Part shown: positions 39,306 through 48,453 of the stretch, piece after piece
How the letters are laid out: every line of letters starts with the position of its first letter
Position numbering within the stretch: position 1 is the stretch's first letter
Assembly: GCA_028279595.1 (NCBI GenBank)
Contig: JANQNK010000003.1
Span: forward strand, 25,367-89,366
Direction of reading: 5' to 3'
DNA length: 64,000 nucleotides
DNA from: Thermoplasmatota archaeon
Lineage (GTDB): Archaea; Thermoplasmatota; JAKEGO01
Translations under genes and position numbers: made by a program
The notes under the pieces: model-generated
Told to the model about the DNA's origin: nothing
Seen by the model: only the letters and a program-made list of their open reading frames with translations
Databases searched by the model: none

Positions 39306-41653
39306 CAGGCACCTCCCTCGTAATCGCGGACGGCTCGCAGGGCGATGGCCGCCTGGCCGAGCGAGATCCCTCCGTCACCGTTGGGGACCTGGTTGTGAAG
39401 GATCGGCCTGAGACCCCATGACTTCGTGATCCCCGTGAACATGTCGACGATTGGTATGTTGTAGCTTACTCCGCCGGACAGACCGATGCGCTTGTCCAGG
39501 TTCCCGTCGAGGATCGTCGTGTAGGCATCCTCCAGGAGTGCCTCCATCGTGGCGTAGACCATGGAATAGATGACGTCAGCCTTCTCGGAGAATGTGTTCG
39601 CCTTGATCTGGGCGCCCTGCGCCAGGATGTGCGATGTGGAGATCCTTGCGGGTGTCCCCACCTTCTTGATCTCGAAGCTGTAGATCGGCTCCCCCTTGGC
39701 CAGATAGGGCTCCAGCTTCATGGCCGGCTCGCCGTTGTAGGTCCTCTCGACGCAGATGGTGTAGTAAGCCGAGATCGCATCGAGGAATCGTCCGAATCCC
39801 GATGAGAGCGGAGCTCCCTTCGCGGCGTTGCGGAGCAGATTGGCCTGATCGTCCCCGATCATCGGCAACTCCAGGCTTTCCTTGTCCAGCATCGCGAACG
39901 CTATCCTCTCCGGGAACAGGATCGCCTTCTCCCCTCCGATGAGCGGTATCTGCTCGAGCCCCGAGAGCCACTTCGACGTGCGCAGGCTCGCGTGGAGGAC
40001 CTCGCCGCCCCATGCGGTGCCGTCAGGGCCGTAGCCCGTGCCGTCGAGGGTGAGGAACGAGAACGTCCCATCCCAGGATGCCGGACTGATCGAATCGATT
40101 ATCAGGGAGGCTGCGTGGGCGTGATGGTGCTGGACCTCGACGAGGGCGGAACCGTACTTCTCGGCCAGCTTCTCGCCGATCCTCCTCGTCCGGTACTTCG
40201 GATGCATGTCGACGGCGATGATCTCCGGTTCCTTGATCCTCTGGAACCTCCTCATTATCTTCGAGGCGTTCTTCCCGAAGTCCATGACACCGAAGCCCTC
40301 GGCGTTCCCGATGTACTGGGTCAGGTAGCCCATCCCGTCCTTCCCCACGCACATTGTCAGGTTCTCCTCGGCGCCGAGGGCGAACACGCTCCTCTTCCCG
40401 CCGATCTTGACCGCCTCTGGGACGAAGCCCCTTGACTTCCTGAGGAAGAAGACGTTGTCGTGGTATGTCCTGAGCAGGGTGTCGTCGGTCCTGTTGACTA
40501 TCTCCCTGTCGTGTAGCAGGTAGTAATCGGCGTTGAGACCGAACACCTCGTCGTTGCTGGTTATCATCGGCTCCCCTCTGCGGTTCGCCGACGTCACTAT
40601 CATGAAATCGCTCTCCATGAAGTAGAACAGGATGTAATGGAGTCCGGTATACGGGAGGAACACTCCTATTGTGTCGAGGCCGGGCGAGATCCCGTCCATC
40701 ATCTCGTCCCATGGCGGTTTCAACCGTTTCTTCTTAACCAGGACGATCGGACGTCCAGGATGTATGAGCATGGACCTCTCGTCATCAGAGAGGTCTGCGA
40801 TGGCCTCGATCGAATACAGGTCCCTGGCCATGAGGGCGAACGGCTTCTCCCGCCGCCGGTACCATTCTCTCAGGTCCCACACCTTCTCGAAGAGGGATGC
40901 GATGTGCATTCCGCCCCAGCTCTTCATGACACCGATGTTGCCCGAGTCGACCAGGTTGGCGAACTCCTTCAGGGGCTTCCATCCCCTGTCGTCGAGCTTG
41001 ACGCCCTTGTTGTCGAACAGCGTGTAGTTCGGGCCGCAGGTCGGACAGGACGTGGTCTGCGCGTGGAACCTCCGGTCCATCGGGTCCTCGTACTCCGCAA
41101 AACAGTCAGGGCACATCTTGAACGTACCCATCGCCGTGTTCTTGCGATCGTACGGAAGGTCTGATGTCACGGTGAACCTCGCTCCGCATGATGTGCAGTT
41201 GGTGAACGGGAAAAGGTGTCGCCGGTTCCCCTCGTCGAATAGCTCGGCGACGCAATCCTCGCATAGGGCGGTGTCCATAGGGATGCCCGCGGACACGCCG
41301 CTCATCTCGCCCTCCGTCGATCTAACGATCCTGAACTCCGTGAACTCGTCCGGCACGGCTCCGGGGAGCTGTTCGATCTTCTCGATCGTCGCCAGGAGTG
41401 GCATCTCCGACATCAGACGGTCTATGAAGCCCTGAACGTTCCTGTCGATCACTATCTCGACGTAGTTGCCCCTGTTGTGGACGTATCCCTTGAGTCCCAT
41501 CGAGGTAGCGATCCTGTAGACAGTGGGTCTGAATCCCACTCCCTGCACGGTGCCGTAGATGTGGAGCTTCACGCCCTTCCGTAGCGCTGAATCTTTATAA
41601 GTAAATTTGTCAATCCGCCGCCCACCCTGGGTGACGTCAGGTACCACATCCAC
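39305..41653 (-). CDS. hypF: [NiFe]-hydrogenase maturation carbamoyltransferase HypF
   Basis: 782 aa. It has an acylphosphatase domain (VKLHIYGTVQGVGFRPTVYRIA), two CxxC Zn-finger pairs, and YrdC-like and Kae1/HypF C-terminal carbamoyltransferase domains. Confidence 0.9.
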   Translation of the reverse strand: MDVVPDVTQGGRRIDKFTYKDSALRKGVKLHIYGTVQGVGFRPTVYRIATSMGLKGYVHNRGNYVEIVIDRNVQGFIDRLMSEMPLLATIEKIEQLPGAVPDEFTEFRIVRSTEGEMSGVSAGIPMDTALCEDCVAELFDEGNRRHLFPFTNCTSCGARFTVTSDLPYDRKNTAMGTFKMCPDCFAEYEDPMDRRFHAQTTSCPTCGPNYTLFDNKGVKLDDRGWKPLKEFANLVDSGNIGVMKSWGGMHIASLFEKVWDLREWYRRREKPFALMARDLYSIEAIADLSDDERSMLIHPGRPIVLVKKKRLKPPWDEMMDGISPGLDTIGVFLPYTGLHYILFYFMESDFMIVTSANRRGEPMITSNDEVFGLNADYYLLHDREIVNRTDDTLLRTYHDNVFFLRKSRGFVPEAVKIGGKRSVFALGAEENLTMCVGKDGMGYLTQYIGNAEGFGVMDFGKNASKIMRRFQRIKEPEIIAVDMHPKYRTRRIGEKLAEKYGSALVEVQHHHAHAASLIIDSISPASWDGTFSFLTLDGTGYGPDGTAWGGEVLHASLRTSKWLSGLEQIPLIGGEKAILFPERIAFAMLDKESLELPMIGDDQANLLRNAAKGAPLSSGFGRFLDAISAYYTICVERTYNGEPAMKLEPYLAKGEPIYSFEIKKVGTPARISTSHILAQGAQIKANTFSEKADVIYSMVYATMEALLEDAYTTILDGNLDKRIGLSGGVSYNIPIVDMFTGITKSWGLRPILHNQVPNGDGGISLGQAAIALRAVRDYEGGA

Positions 41654-41700
41654 GCAGAACCCTTATTAACGGCCCAACGGATTCGTCGACGGTGGGATAG

Positions 41701-42267
41701 ATGGACCTGACGAAGCTGATCGAGAGCATGAGGGACGCGCCGATCGTCCCCAAGGGAGATTACAACTACTACGTGTTCTCCATCACCGACGGTGTTCCGG
41801 CGATCGAGGTGGACGTTCTGGAGGAGGTCATCGACGGGATCATGGGGATCGCCGACACCGACGTCGACAGGATCGTCACCATGGAGGCGATGGGGATCCC
41901 GATAGCAACGGCCCTCGCCCTCAGGACGGGAATACCATTCTCCATCATCAGGAAGCGCGCCTACGGCCTAGAGAACGAGTGCATCGTCGAGCAGGAGACC
42001 GGATACTCCCAGAACACAATGTACATCAACTGCCTAGAGCCCGGTCTCAGGGTGCTCCTGGTGGACGACATCATCAGCACCGGCGGTACGCTCATAGCCG
42101 TCCTGAAAGCGCTCAGGCACATGGAGGTCGACATCGCCGACGTTGTGATGGTCGTCGACAAGGGCGATGGTGCCAGCAGGGTGCTTCAGGAGACTGGATT
42201 CAAGGTCAAATCCCTCGTGAGGGTCGAGCCCACTGACGGGGCACCCCGTGTTGAACCCCTGCACTGA
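41701..42267 (+). CDS. Purine phosphoribosyltransferase (archaeal HGPRT/APRT-like)
   Basis: The PRPP-binding motif VLLVDDIISTGGTL is present. Confidence 0.75.
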   Translation: MDLTKLIESMRDAPIVPKGDYNYYVFSITDGVPAIEVDVLEEVIDGIMGIADTDVDRIVTMEAMGIPIATALALRTGIPFSIIRKRAYGLENECIVEQETGYSQNTMYINCLEPGLRVLLVDDIISTGGTLIAVLKALRHMEVDIADVVMVVDKGDGASRVLQETGFKVKSLVRVEPTDGAPRVEPLH

Positions 42268-42311
42268 GTCGGTGCATATTGTCTTTTTACCGACAATGCG
42301 TTACGGGATTC

Positions 42312-43232
42312 ATGGACCGCCAGGGAAAGGCCTATGCATATGCCATCGCGGCAGTGCTGATCTGGTCCACGGTAGCGTCCGCGTTCAAGCTTTCCCTGCG
42401 GTACCTGGAGCCGATGCAGCTCCTCTTCTACTCCTCCGCCGTCTCGCTAGTCGTCCTGCTCGGGATGCTGGCGGTCCAGGGGCGGTTGAAGGACCTGTTC
42501 GGTCTGTCGAGGAGGGAGTACCTCTTTTCTGCCGCTCTCGGACTGCTGAACCCTTTCCTCTACTACGTCGTCCTGTTCGAGGCATACGACCGGCTCCGGG
42601 CACAGGAGGCGCAGCCGCTCAACTACACGTGGGCCGTCGCCCTTGTGCTGCTGTCCATCCCGATACTGAAGCAGAGGATAGGGGTCCGGAGCATCGGGGC
42701 GGTGTTCGTAAGCTACGCAGGTGTGCTGGTGATCGCTACCAGAGGGGACGTCCTCGGAATGAACTTCACGAACGGGACCGGTGTGGCCCTCGCCCTGATC
42801 AGCACGGTGATATGGGCCCTGTTCTGGATCTATAACGTCAGGGACAAGCGGGACCCCGTTCTGAAATTGACACTGGTGTTCATCTTCGGTTTCATCCCTG
42901 TCGCGATCCTGACCGCCTTGACGTCTGGATTCGATCACGGCGGGACCGAAGGTCTGGCCGGTGCGGCCTACGTCGGCGTTTTCGAGATGGGCATCACGTT
43001 CGTCCTCTGGCTCAGGGCGTTGAGCCTCTCGAAGACGACGGCCCAGGTCGGTATCCTCATCTACCTCTCTCCCTTCGTTTCCCTCTTCCTGATCAGGTTC
43101 CTGGTGGGCGAGACCATTGCCATCTCGACCATTGTCGGCTTGGTCCTCATCGTCGCCGGTATACTGATACAGAGGACCGATCCGGTCGGGAAGAGGAAGA
43201 AAAGGAAAAGGTTGAAGCGGAAAAAGAATTGA
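42312..43232 (+). CDS. DMT-superfamily (EamA-like) transporter
   Basis: It has 10 predicted TM helices and two EamA repeats. The start is probably the internal Met at 42312; the ORF track starts at 42279. Confidence 0.75.
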   Translation: MDRQGKAYAYAIAAVLIWSTVASAFKLSLRYLEPMQLLFYSSAVSLVVLLGMLAVQGRLKDLFGLSRREYLFSAALGLLNPFLYYVVLFEAYDRLRAQEAQPLNYTWAVALVLLSIPILKQRIGVRSIGAVFVSYAGVLVIATRGDVLGMNFTNGTGVALALISTVIWALFWIYNVRDKRDPVLKLTLVFIFGFIPVAILTALTSGFDHGGTEGLAGAAYVGVFEMGITFVLWLRALSLSKTTAQVGILIYLSPFVSLFLIRFLVGETIAISTIVGLVLIVAGILIQRTDPVGKRKKRKRLKRKKN

Positions 43233-43298
43233 CCCGCACTCGCCCGATCCGAGTGCTTCCCGCCCACCCATTGGTGGTTATACTGGTTATTGGTCCAA

Positions 43299-44138
43299 TC
43301 AAGGTAATACCGGAGGGTCCATGACTCTCATGAGGACAGCTTCGGGATCATCGACTGATATCAGTGGTGTGTAGACAGGGATGTCCGTGGAGATACCAGT
43401 GACCGCCTTGACGTTCTGCGATGTCTTTCCGAGTACCAGTCCCTTCGCCTTGCCCTTCCGGACCATCGCCTCAGCCTCCTCGATCCCGCCTTCCTCGATC
43501 CTCAGTCTCCTGTCCCATGCCCGGAGCGGTTCGGCCCTTCCGGCCTCCCCGAATGCGACGACGGGGCATCCCCTGCGCATCATCATCCACGCCGCAGCGA
43601 GTCCGTTATCGTCGTTGATCAACGCCGCCAGCTGCTTCTGGCTTCCGAGCGGATACCCGCCGAGGCCGTCGACCTTATCGGTGTAAAGATAGGATTGGTT
43701 GCCCCTGACCTCTATGTACAGGATATCATTGGGATTGGTCAGGTCGACCTTCAGACCATGTTCCTCGACGATGTCGGCGCCGATCCGAGCTGCCAGCTCC
43801 ATCGAGGTGTAATCGTGGGTCCCCGTCCTCCTTGCCCTCACGGCGAACGGGCCGTCGAAATCGGCGCTCATCTCGAGGGCGAGCTTCGATATCTCCTCCG
43901 GGTCGTCCGATGTGTCCTCTGTCATGCTGAACGATCTGATGCCGAAGGTCCTCTCGAGGATCCTGTCGGCGGGCTCGTCTGTGAGAAGGTAGAGATGACC
44001 GCCATCGGAACGGACCTTCCCGGCCATGCCGGCTGTCTCGAGGTGGTCCAGGATGTTCCTCTTCAGAAGGTTGACCATCCTCGTACGGACTGGACGGCTC
44101 TTGAGGCCAATTTCGCTGTATCTGATCATGTAGCGCAT
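43299..44138 (-). CDS. THUMP-domain protein, ThiI-like but lacking the SGGxDS PP-loop
   Basis: The N-terminus MIRYSEIGLKSRPVR is a ThiI-type THUMP start. The C-terminal Rossmann-like region (AALINDDNGLAAAWMMMRRGCPVVAFG) has no PP-loop signature. Confidence 0.55.
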   Translation of the reverse strand: MRYMIRYSEIGLKSRPVRTRMVNLLKRNILDHLETAGMAGKVRSDGGHLYLLTDEPADRILERTFGIRSFSMTEDTSDDPEEISKLALEMSADFDGPFAVRARRTGTHDYTSMELAARIGADIVEEHGLKVDLTNPNDILYIEVRGNQSYLYTDKVDGLGGYPLGSQKQLAALINDDNGLAAAWMMMRRGCPVVAFGEAGRAEPLRAWDRRLRIEEGGIEEAEAMVRKGKAKGLVLGKTSQNVKAVTGISTDIPVYTPLISVDDPEAVLMRVMDPPVLP

Positions 44139-47100
44139 CTATTCCACCGTCCGGCGTCTCCTCCAGACGTAGGTGACAGCGACGGCGGCGACCACGACGC
44201 CCACGGTGATGTAGACGTAGTTGCCGTAGCCCTCTATGGCTCCTGGGTGATCGCTCGCACCGAAGGGCGTGTGCCATCCCACCTGGGGACCGCCTGACGC
44301 CTCCATTATGACAGGTTTCTCCCACGAGTACTCGGGGACGAACACGTAGAGGTCAGGGTCCCCGAAGTAGACCACGTTCTCGAAGATGTCCCACCACCAC
44401 TGGTTGGTGAGGTACTCGATGCCCACGTGGTGCATCCCCTCGGAGTAGGCCTCGCCCACGGAGTCGCCAAGCGCCACTTGGCGCATGAACATCTCGATGG
44501 CGAATGCAGAGTACCATGAGGTAAGCCATGGGTCGATGACCTGGAAGATAGAACCGTGGCGGACCATGGTCAGGTGAAGGTAGGTGTTCGCGATGAGGCA
44601 GGAACCGGCTATGAATCCGACGGAGTGGATGTTCCTCATGGCATCATCCATCATCGTCCCGGTGACGAGGTTGGTCTGTGTCACCTGCTGCCCGATGGCT
44701 ATGATGACGCCGTCATGGTCCTCGTACAGCTCCCCGGTGATCGGGTCGCTCCCGACGGCCGGGAAGACGTCGATGCCTGCCTGCTTGCTCATGGTGTAGG
44801 TGTCCGGCCCGAGCCTGTCCGTCGGGTTCTCCTCCGTACAGCCGTTGAGCTCGTAGCCGCGCCAAGGGTTGGGTTCCGGCTGCCCTGGAACGCCCCTGCT
44901 GGTGCCGTCGTCGTTCCAGAATCCCACAACCCCGGAGCCATCGCCGTAGCTCTGGTGGCCGCCGTGCATTACCTCGAACCACATGATGGAGCCCCTGTTG
45001 AGGTTCTCCATGGTCTCGTCGAAGGCGGTCGTGAAGACGGAGGAGTATCCAGCGTAATCGGCGTAATGGGGCACGACCTCGGATGTGGTCATGTCGGGAT
45101 AGTAGGAACCGGGCCCCCTCGAGCCGGGATAGTTTGTGTTGCCCTCGTCGATCGGATGGCCGGTCTCGTCCCAGTACGGCGTGACACCGCTCGCCCCTAC
45201 GTAATTCGTACCCCAGTAGAGCGAGGCGCGCTCGTTGAACCTGTGCTGGTAGGATACCCAGGACTGTGCGACAGGGAACTCCGCCTCGATCTCCATCTCG
45301 GGCTGGATGAGCGGTCCTGGACCATTCGACTTCGATCCGGTTATCCTAAGGGAATTGTGTTCATCGATGTCGGGGTTCACACCCGGGTTCGCGTAGATCA
45401 TGAGCGGGTACATCGCATTTCGCGAGACCCACATCGACTGGTCGACGGGGGAACCGAAGATGCGTCCCGGGTCAGCCGCGCCGACGAAGACGCGGTCCCA
45501 TGCCTGTCCGATATTGAGATGGCCGGCCACAGTGACGATGCTCTCCTTCTCGAGCCCGTCAAGCCCCATCTCCCCGAGGAACTCGTAGACCATCCTGCCC
45601 GTCAGGACCATGGAGCCGACGCCTGGAGGCAGCCTGTTCCTGTAGGCGTTCGCCCAGTAGACGTTGTTCCACGCGGCCGGTCCAGACAGTTCGGGATGCA
45701 CCTCCGTGACGAGCATCGGGGCTCCGTGGACGGCTGCGGTGTAGGCCGCGGGTCCGATGGAGGTGCCCTTCTCATGGACCCCCTCCGGCCCGTCGCTCCC
45801 GGGATACCAGTACTTCCAACCGCCGACCGTGGTGAACACGATGTCGTTCTCTCCCGACATCGTCCTGATCATGTTGTAGGCCTTCTTGTACGAGGTGATC
45901 TCGGTGACGTCCAGCGGAGTCTCGTCCCACTCCCGGTAATCGAACTTTCCCTTGACCCCCGAGTAGTCGCCGAGGTTGACCAGTGTCACCTTCTCGACGC
46001 CGAGCGTATCGAGCGCCTTCTTGGCGGATGACGGGACGCTTCCGGTCCCGACGTAGATGAGCGGCTGGTTCTTCATGGCCGCGATGACGGCGCCCTGTCC
46101 CGCCGACGCCAGCATGTGAGCGACGACAGGCTTCTCGGTGTGCTTCCATGAATAATCGATGGTGAAGTCGCCGCCTGCGCCCTCCCGCAGGGCCACGACA
46201 GCGATGCTGTAACTCCCAGTTCCGAGCTCGGGCAGCTCGAGGACCTTGGGGTTGGAGTCGTCGAGGATTGTATCTACCTGCTCCCCCGCGGGACCGAGGA
46301 GGATGAGGCCCATGTCCTCAGCTCCGTCGAGCTCGATCGTGATGTCGGATGGCGTGTACTTGAACTCGTCGGGGATATCCAAGACGGTCCCCGGGAAGAG
46401 ACGGACCCTGATGTTGTAGTAGGCGCGCGAGTCCTCGGTCGTCAGCGGCCACGGCTCATCCTCGATGGATTTCGTGGGCATGTAGGTGACCGTCGCCTCC
46501 CAGTCCCCCGGATTGAAGGCGTATGACTTGCAGATCTCGTGTGGAGGCTGGAACGGACGGTTGAGGTTCTCCTGGACGACGTTCCAGAACTCGGATGCGG
46601 CCACCTCGCCGATGGACATGTCATACAGCTGGAGGTCGAGGTCCTTCCCCCGCTCCGTCGCCGCCGACCCGTCCGGGCCGATGGTCTGACCGGCCCAGGT
46701 CCAGTTCAGGAGGGCCTCGACGTACGAGTATCCATCGGGAACCTCGAACTCGTGAACGTCGGGCTCCACCGGGTCCGGCAGTTTGCTCCCCTGGAAATTG
46801 TATTCCACCAGCGGTTCGCTGGCCAGTGATCCGCTCATCGTCCCTATGACAGCATCCATCGAGGACGACAGACCCGAGGCGATCGGTACGACCACCGCCT
46901 CCTTCGAGTAGCGCCAGTTGTGGAGCGCAAGGTCCGATGAGGTCTTGAACGGGCTCATCGCGTAGACGTTCGTGTCTTCCCCGGAGTAAGGGACGATGTT
47001 GCTCTCCCCGATTATGTCGACCTGGTCGAGGCTCCCCTCGTTGGCCGTCAGGTAGTCCTCCATGAAGTAGTGGATCCCCTGCGTGTCGTTGAGGGCCCTT

Positions 47101-47399
47101 GATTCGGTGTCCGTGCCCAGATGAGGTTCCTGGTAGTACAGGACGGGCGATGCATAGAGTGAATCCCCTCCCGCGAACACTGCTGTGGGGATCGAGGCAA
47201 GGTACAGGAGGTCGTCATCGTACGTGTATTCATCGTACTCCACTATCGTCGCCCTGGACATCGGTACGATCGGCAGCCACCCGCTGTTGGCCTCTCCTGC
47301 AATGGAGACGCGCTCCCTAGAAGGGACCTCCGGCTCTATGCATCCGGAGAACGCCATAAGGACCATCATTACGGAAAGTGCAGCTGCTAGACCTCTCAT
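44139..47399 (-). CDS. Large (about 1086 aa) secreted, C-terminally anchored protein; possible S-layer protein or cysteine-peptidase-like domain
   Basis: It has a signal peptide with a lipobox-like FSGC. The C-terminal TM plus RRRR (VGVVVAAVAVTYVWRRRRTVE) suggests an anchor. The candidate catalytic dyad MHGGH...AGSC gives only a weak suggestion of C25/C11-like proteases. The ATG at 47399 is preferred over GTG 47408. Confidence 0.4.
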   Translation of the reverse strand: MRGLAAALSVMMVLMAFSGCIEPEVPSRERVSIAGEANSGWLPIVPMSRATIVEYDEYTYDDDLLYLASIPTAVFAGGDSLYASPVLYYQEPHLGTDTESRALNDTQGIHYFMEDYLTANEGSLDQVDIIGESNIVPYSGEDTNVYAMSPFKTSSDLALHNWRYSKEAVVVPIASGLSSSMDAVIGTMSGSLASEPLVEYNFQGSKLPDPVEPDVHEFEVPDGYSYVEALLNWTWAGQTIGPDGSAATERGKDLDLQLYDMSIGEVAASEFWNVVQENLNRPFQPPHEICKSYAFNPGDWEATVTYMPTKSIEDEPWPLTTEDSRAYYNIRVRLFPGTVLDIPDEFKYTPSDITIELDGAEDMGLILLGPAGEQVDTILDDSNPKVLELPELGTGSYSIAVVALREGAGGDFTIDYSWKHTEKPVVAHMLASAGQGAVIAAMKNQPLIYVGTGSVPSSAKKALDTLGVEKVTLVNLGDYSGVKGKFDYREWDETPLDVTEITSYKKAYNMIRTMSGENDIVFTTVGGWKYWYPGSDGPEGVHEKGTSIGPAAYTAAVHGAPMLVTEVHPELSGPAAWNNVYWANAYRNRLPPGVGSMVLTGRMVYEFLGEMGLDGLEKESIVTVAGHLNIGQAWDRVFVGAADPGRIFGSPVDQSMWVSRNAMYPLMIYANPGVNPDIDEHNSLRITGSKSNGPGPLIQPEMEIEAEFPVAQSWVSYQHRFNERASLYWGTNYVGASGVTPYWDETGHPIDEGNTNYPGSRGPGSYYPDMTTSEVVPHYADYAGYSSVFTTAFDETMENLNRGSIMWFEVMHGGHQSYGDGSGVVGFWNDDGTSRGVPGQPEPNPWRGYELNGCTEENPTDRLGPDTYTMSKQAGIDVFPAVGSDPITGELYEDHDGVIIAIGQQVTQTNLVTGTMMDDAMRNIHSVGFIAGSCLIANTYLHLTMVRHGSIFQVIDPWLTSWYSAFAIEMFMRQVALGDSVGEAYSEGMHHVGIEYLTNQWWWDIFENVVYFGDPDLYVFVPEYSWEKPVIMEASGGPQVGWHTPFGASDHPGAIEGYGNYVYITVGVVVAAVAVTYVWRRRRTVE

Positions 47400-47554
47400 G
47401 CTATCCACGATTCTATGGCAACCACGTAAATAACGATTATGGTTAACTGGACCCAGTTAGGTTATTGATTTCCCGCAAAGGGTGGTGAGACACGCGCGCC
47501 GGATATCCGAGCGGCCGGCCATGCGTGTCAAATATCGAGGAATTGGTTGGCGTC

Positions 47555-47965
47555 CTAGCGTCTTCGAAGGCTTCCGGTGTAATGCCAGCGCTGGACCTTG
47601 AACATGTTCCTCCAGAAGGTCCCTTCGGTGATCCATGTCACGTAGTAGCACCAGAAGACGATGGTCATCGGAAGGTACACCAGGGACATCTTCCTTTCCT
47701 CCACGTCGGAATCGCCGCTGAAGAATATCCACCATATCCTGAAACCGATCAGGAATATCGGTATGGAAATGAGTATCCACCACCTGGCCATGGACGGGTC
47801 CAACCGCTTCTTTCCGATCGTGTAGTCGTCCTCGTCGCCCATTATACCGATCCTTCGCTGGTCGTAGGTCTCCTGGGTGTCCCCGTCGTAGTTGTCCCTC
47901 AACCTGGCGAGATAATCCTCGGTGGACTCGTCCACCCTGGTCCCCATCTCCTTCTTGATCCCCAC
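47555..47965 (-). CDS. Small membrane protein (hypothetical); tandem paralog of 48003-48449
   Basis: 136 aa with two TM helices. It shares the motif EDYLARLRDNYDGD (SDYIQSLKEKYSDE in the neighbor) with the adjacent ORF. Confidence 0.4.
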   Translation of the reverse strand: MGIKKEMGTRVDESTEDYLARLRDNYDGDTQETYDQRRIGIMGDEDDYTIGKKRLDPSMARWWILISIPIFLIGFRIWWIFFSGDSDVEERKMSLVYLPMTIVFWCYYVTWITEGTFWRNMFKVQRWHYTGSLRRR

Positions 47966-48002
47966 GTCTTATCATATGGATCGCCAAAGAAAAGCGTTTC
48001 GT

Positions 48003-48449
48003 TCAGCGGCCGAAGACCTTTCGACGGTATCGCCTCTTCCCACCGCCTCCGTGCGACATGAAGTAGAATGCCGTCAGGACCACGGCCAACGCGAAGAGGA
48101 GCATCTGGACTATCGATATGAGCATGCCTTCCCAGCCGGCCATTATTATATGCACCGTCAGGACCAGGACCCAGAGGAATCCGAGGATCATCAGTGGAAG
48201 GTAGTCGCCGATCGATCCGCGGGGCGTCTCCACCCGCCAGTCCTGGTCCGATTCGAACGTTCCGAGGGACCTCTGCCTGGGGGCGCCTTTGTGCTCGTCA
48301 GAATATTTCTCCTTGAGGCTCTGGATGTAATCGGACGTGTCTTCGTGGTCCTCCTCCTGAACCTGACGCGCTCTGGGTATCGAGTGCTGCCTCCTTGCAG
48401 AACCGCGTCCTCCGGGGCGCGGTCGGTCCTGTCCGCGCCGTTCAGGCAT
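48003..48449 (-). CDS. Small membrane protein (hypothetical); tandem paralog
   Basis: 148 aa with two or three TM helices. The N-terminus is Arg-rich. Confidence 0.4.
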   Translation of the reverse strand: MPERRGQDRPRPGGRGSARRQHSIPRARQVQEEDHEDTSDYIQSLKEKYSDEHKGAPRQRSLGTFESDQDWRVETPRGSIGDYLPLMILGFLWVLVLTVHIIMAGWEGMLISIVQMLLFALAVVLTAFYFMSHGGGGKRRYRRKVFGR

Positions 48450-48453
48450 CCGT

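Noticed and set aside
39576-41164. Several 145-229-aa ORFs in both orientations within hypF
   Set aside because: hypF is unambiguous (acylphosphatase, Zn-finger, YrdC and Kae1 domains). The overlapping ORFs are compositionally biased artefacts.
44556-46031. 491-aa plus-strand ORF antisense to the large secreted-protein gene
   Set aside because: It is antisense to a gene with a coherent signal peptide, domain body and membrane anchor. Its composition is Arg/Gly/Val-rich without motifs.
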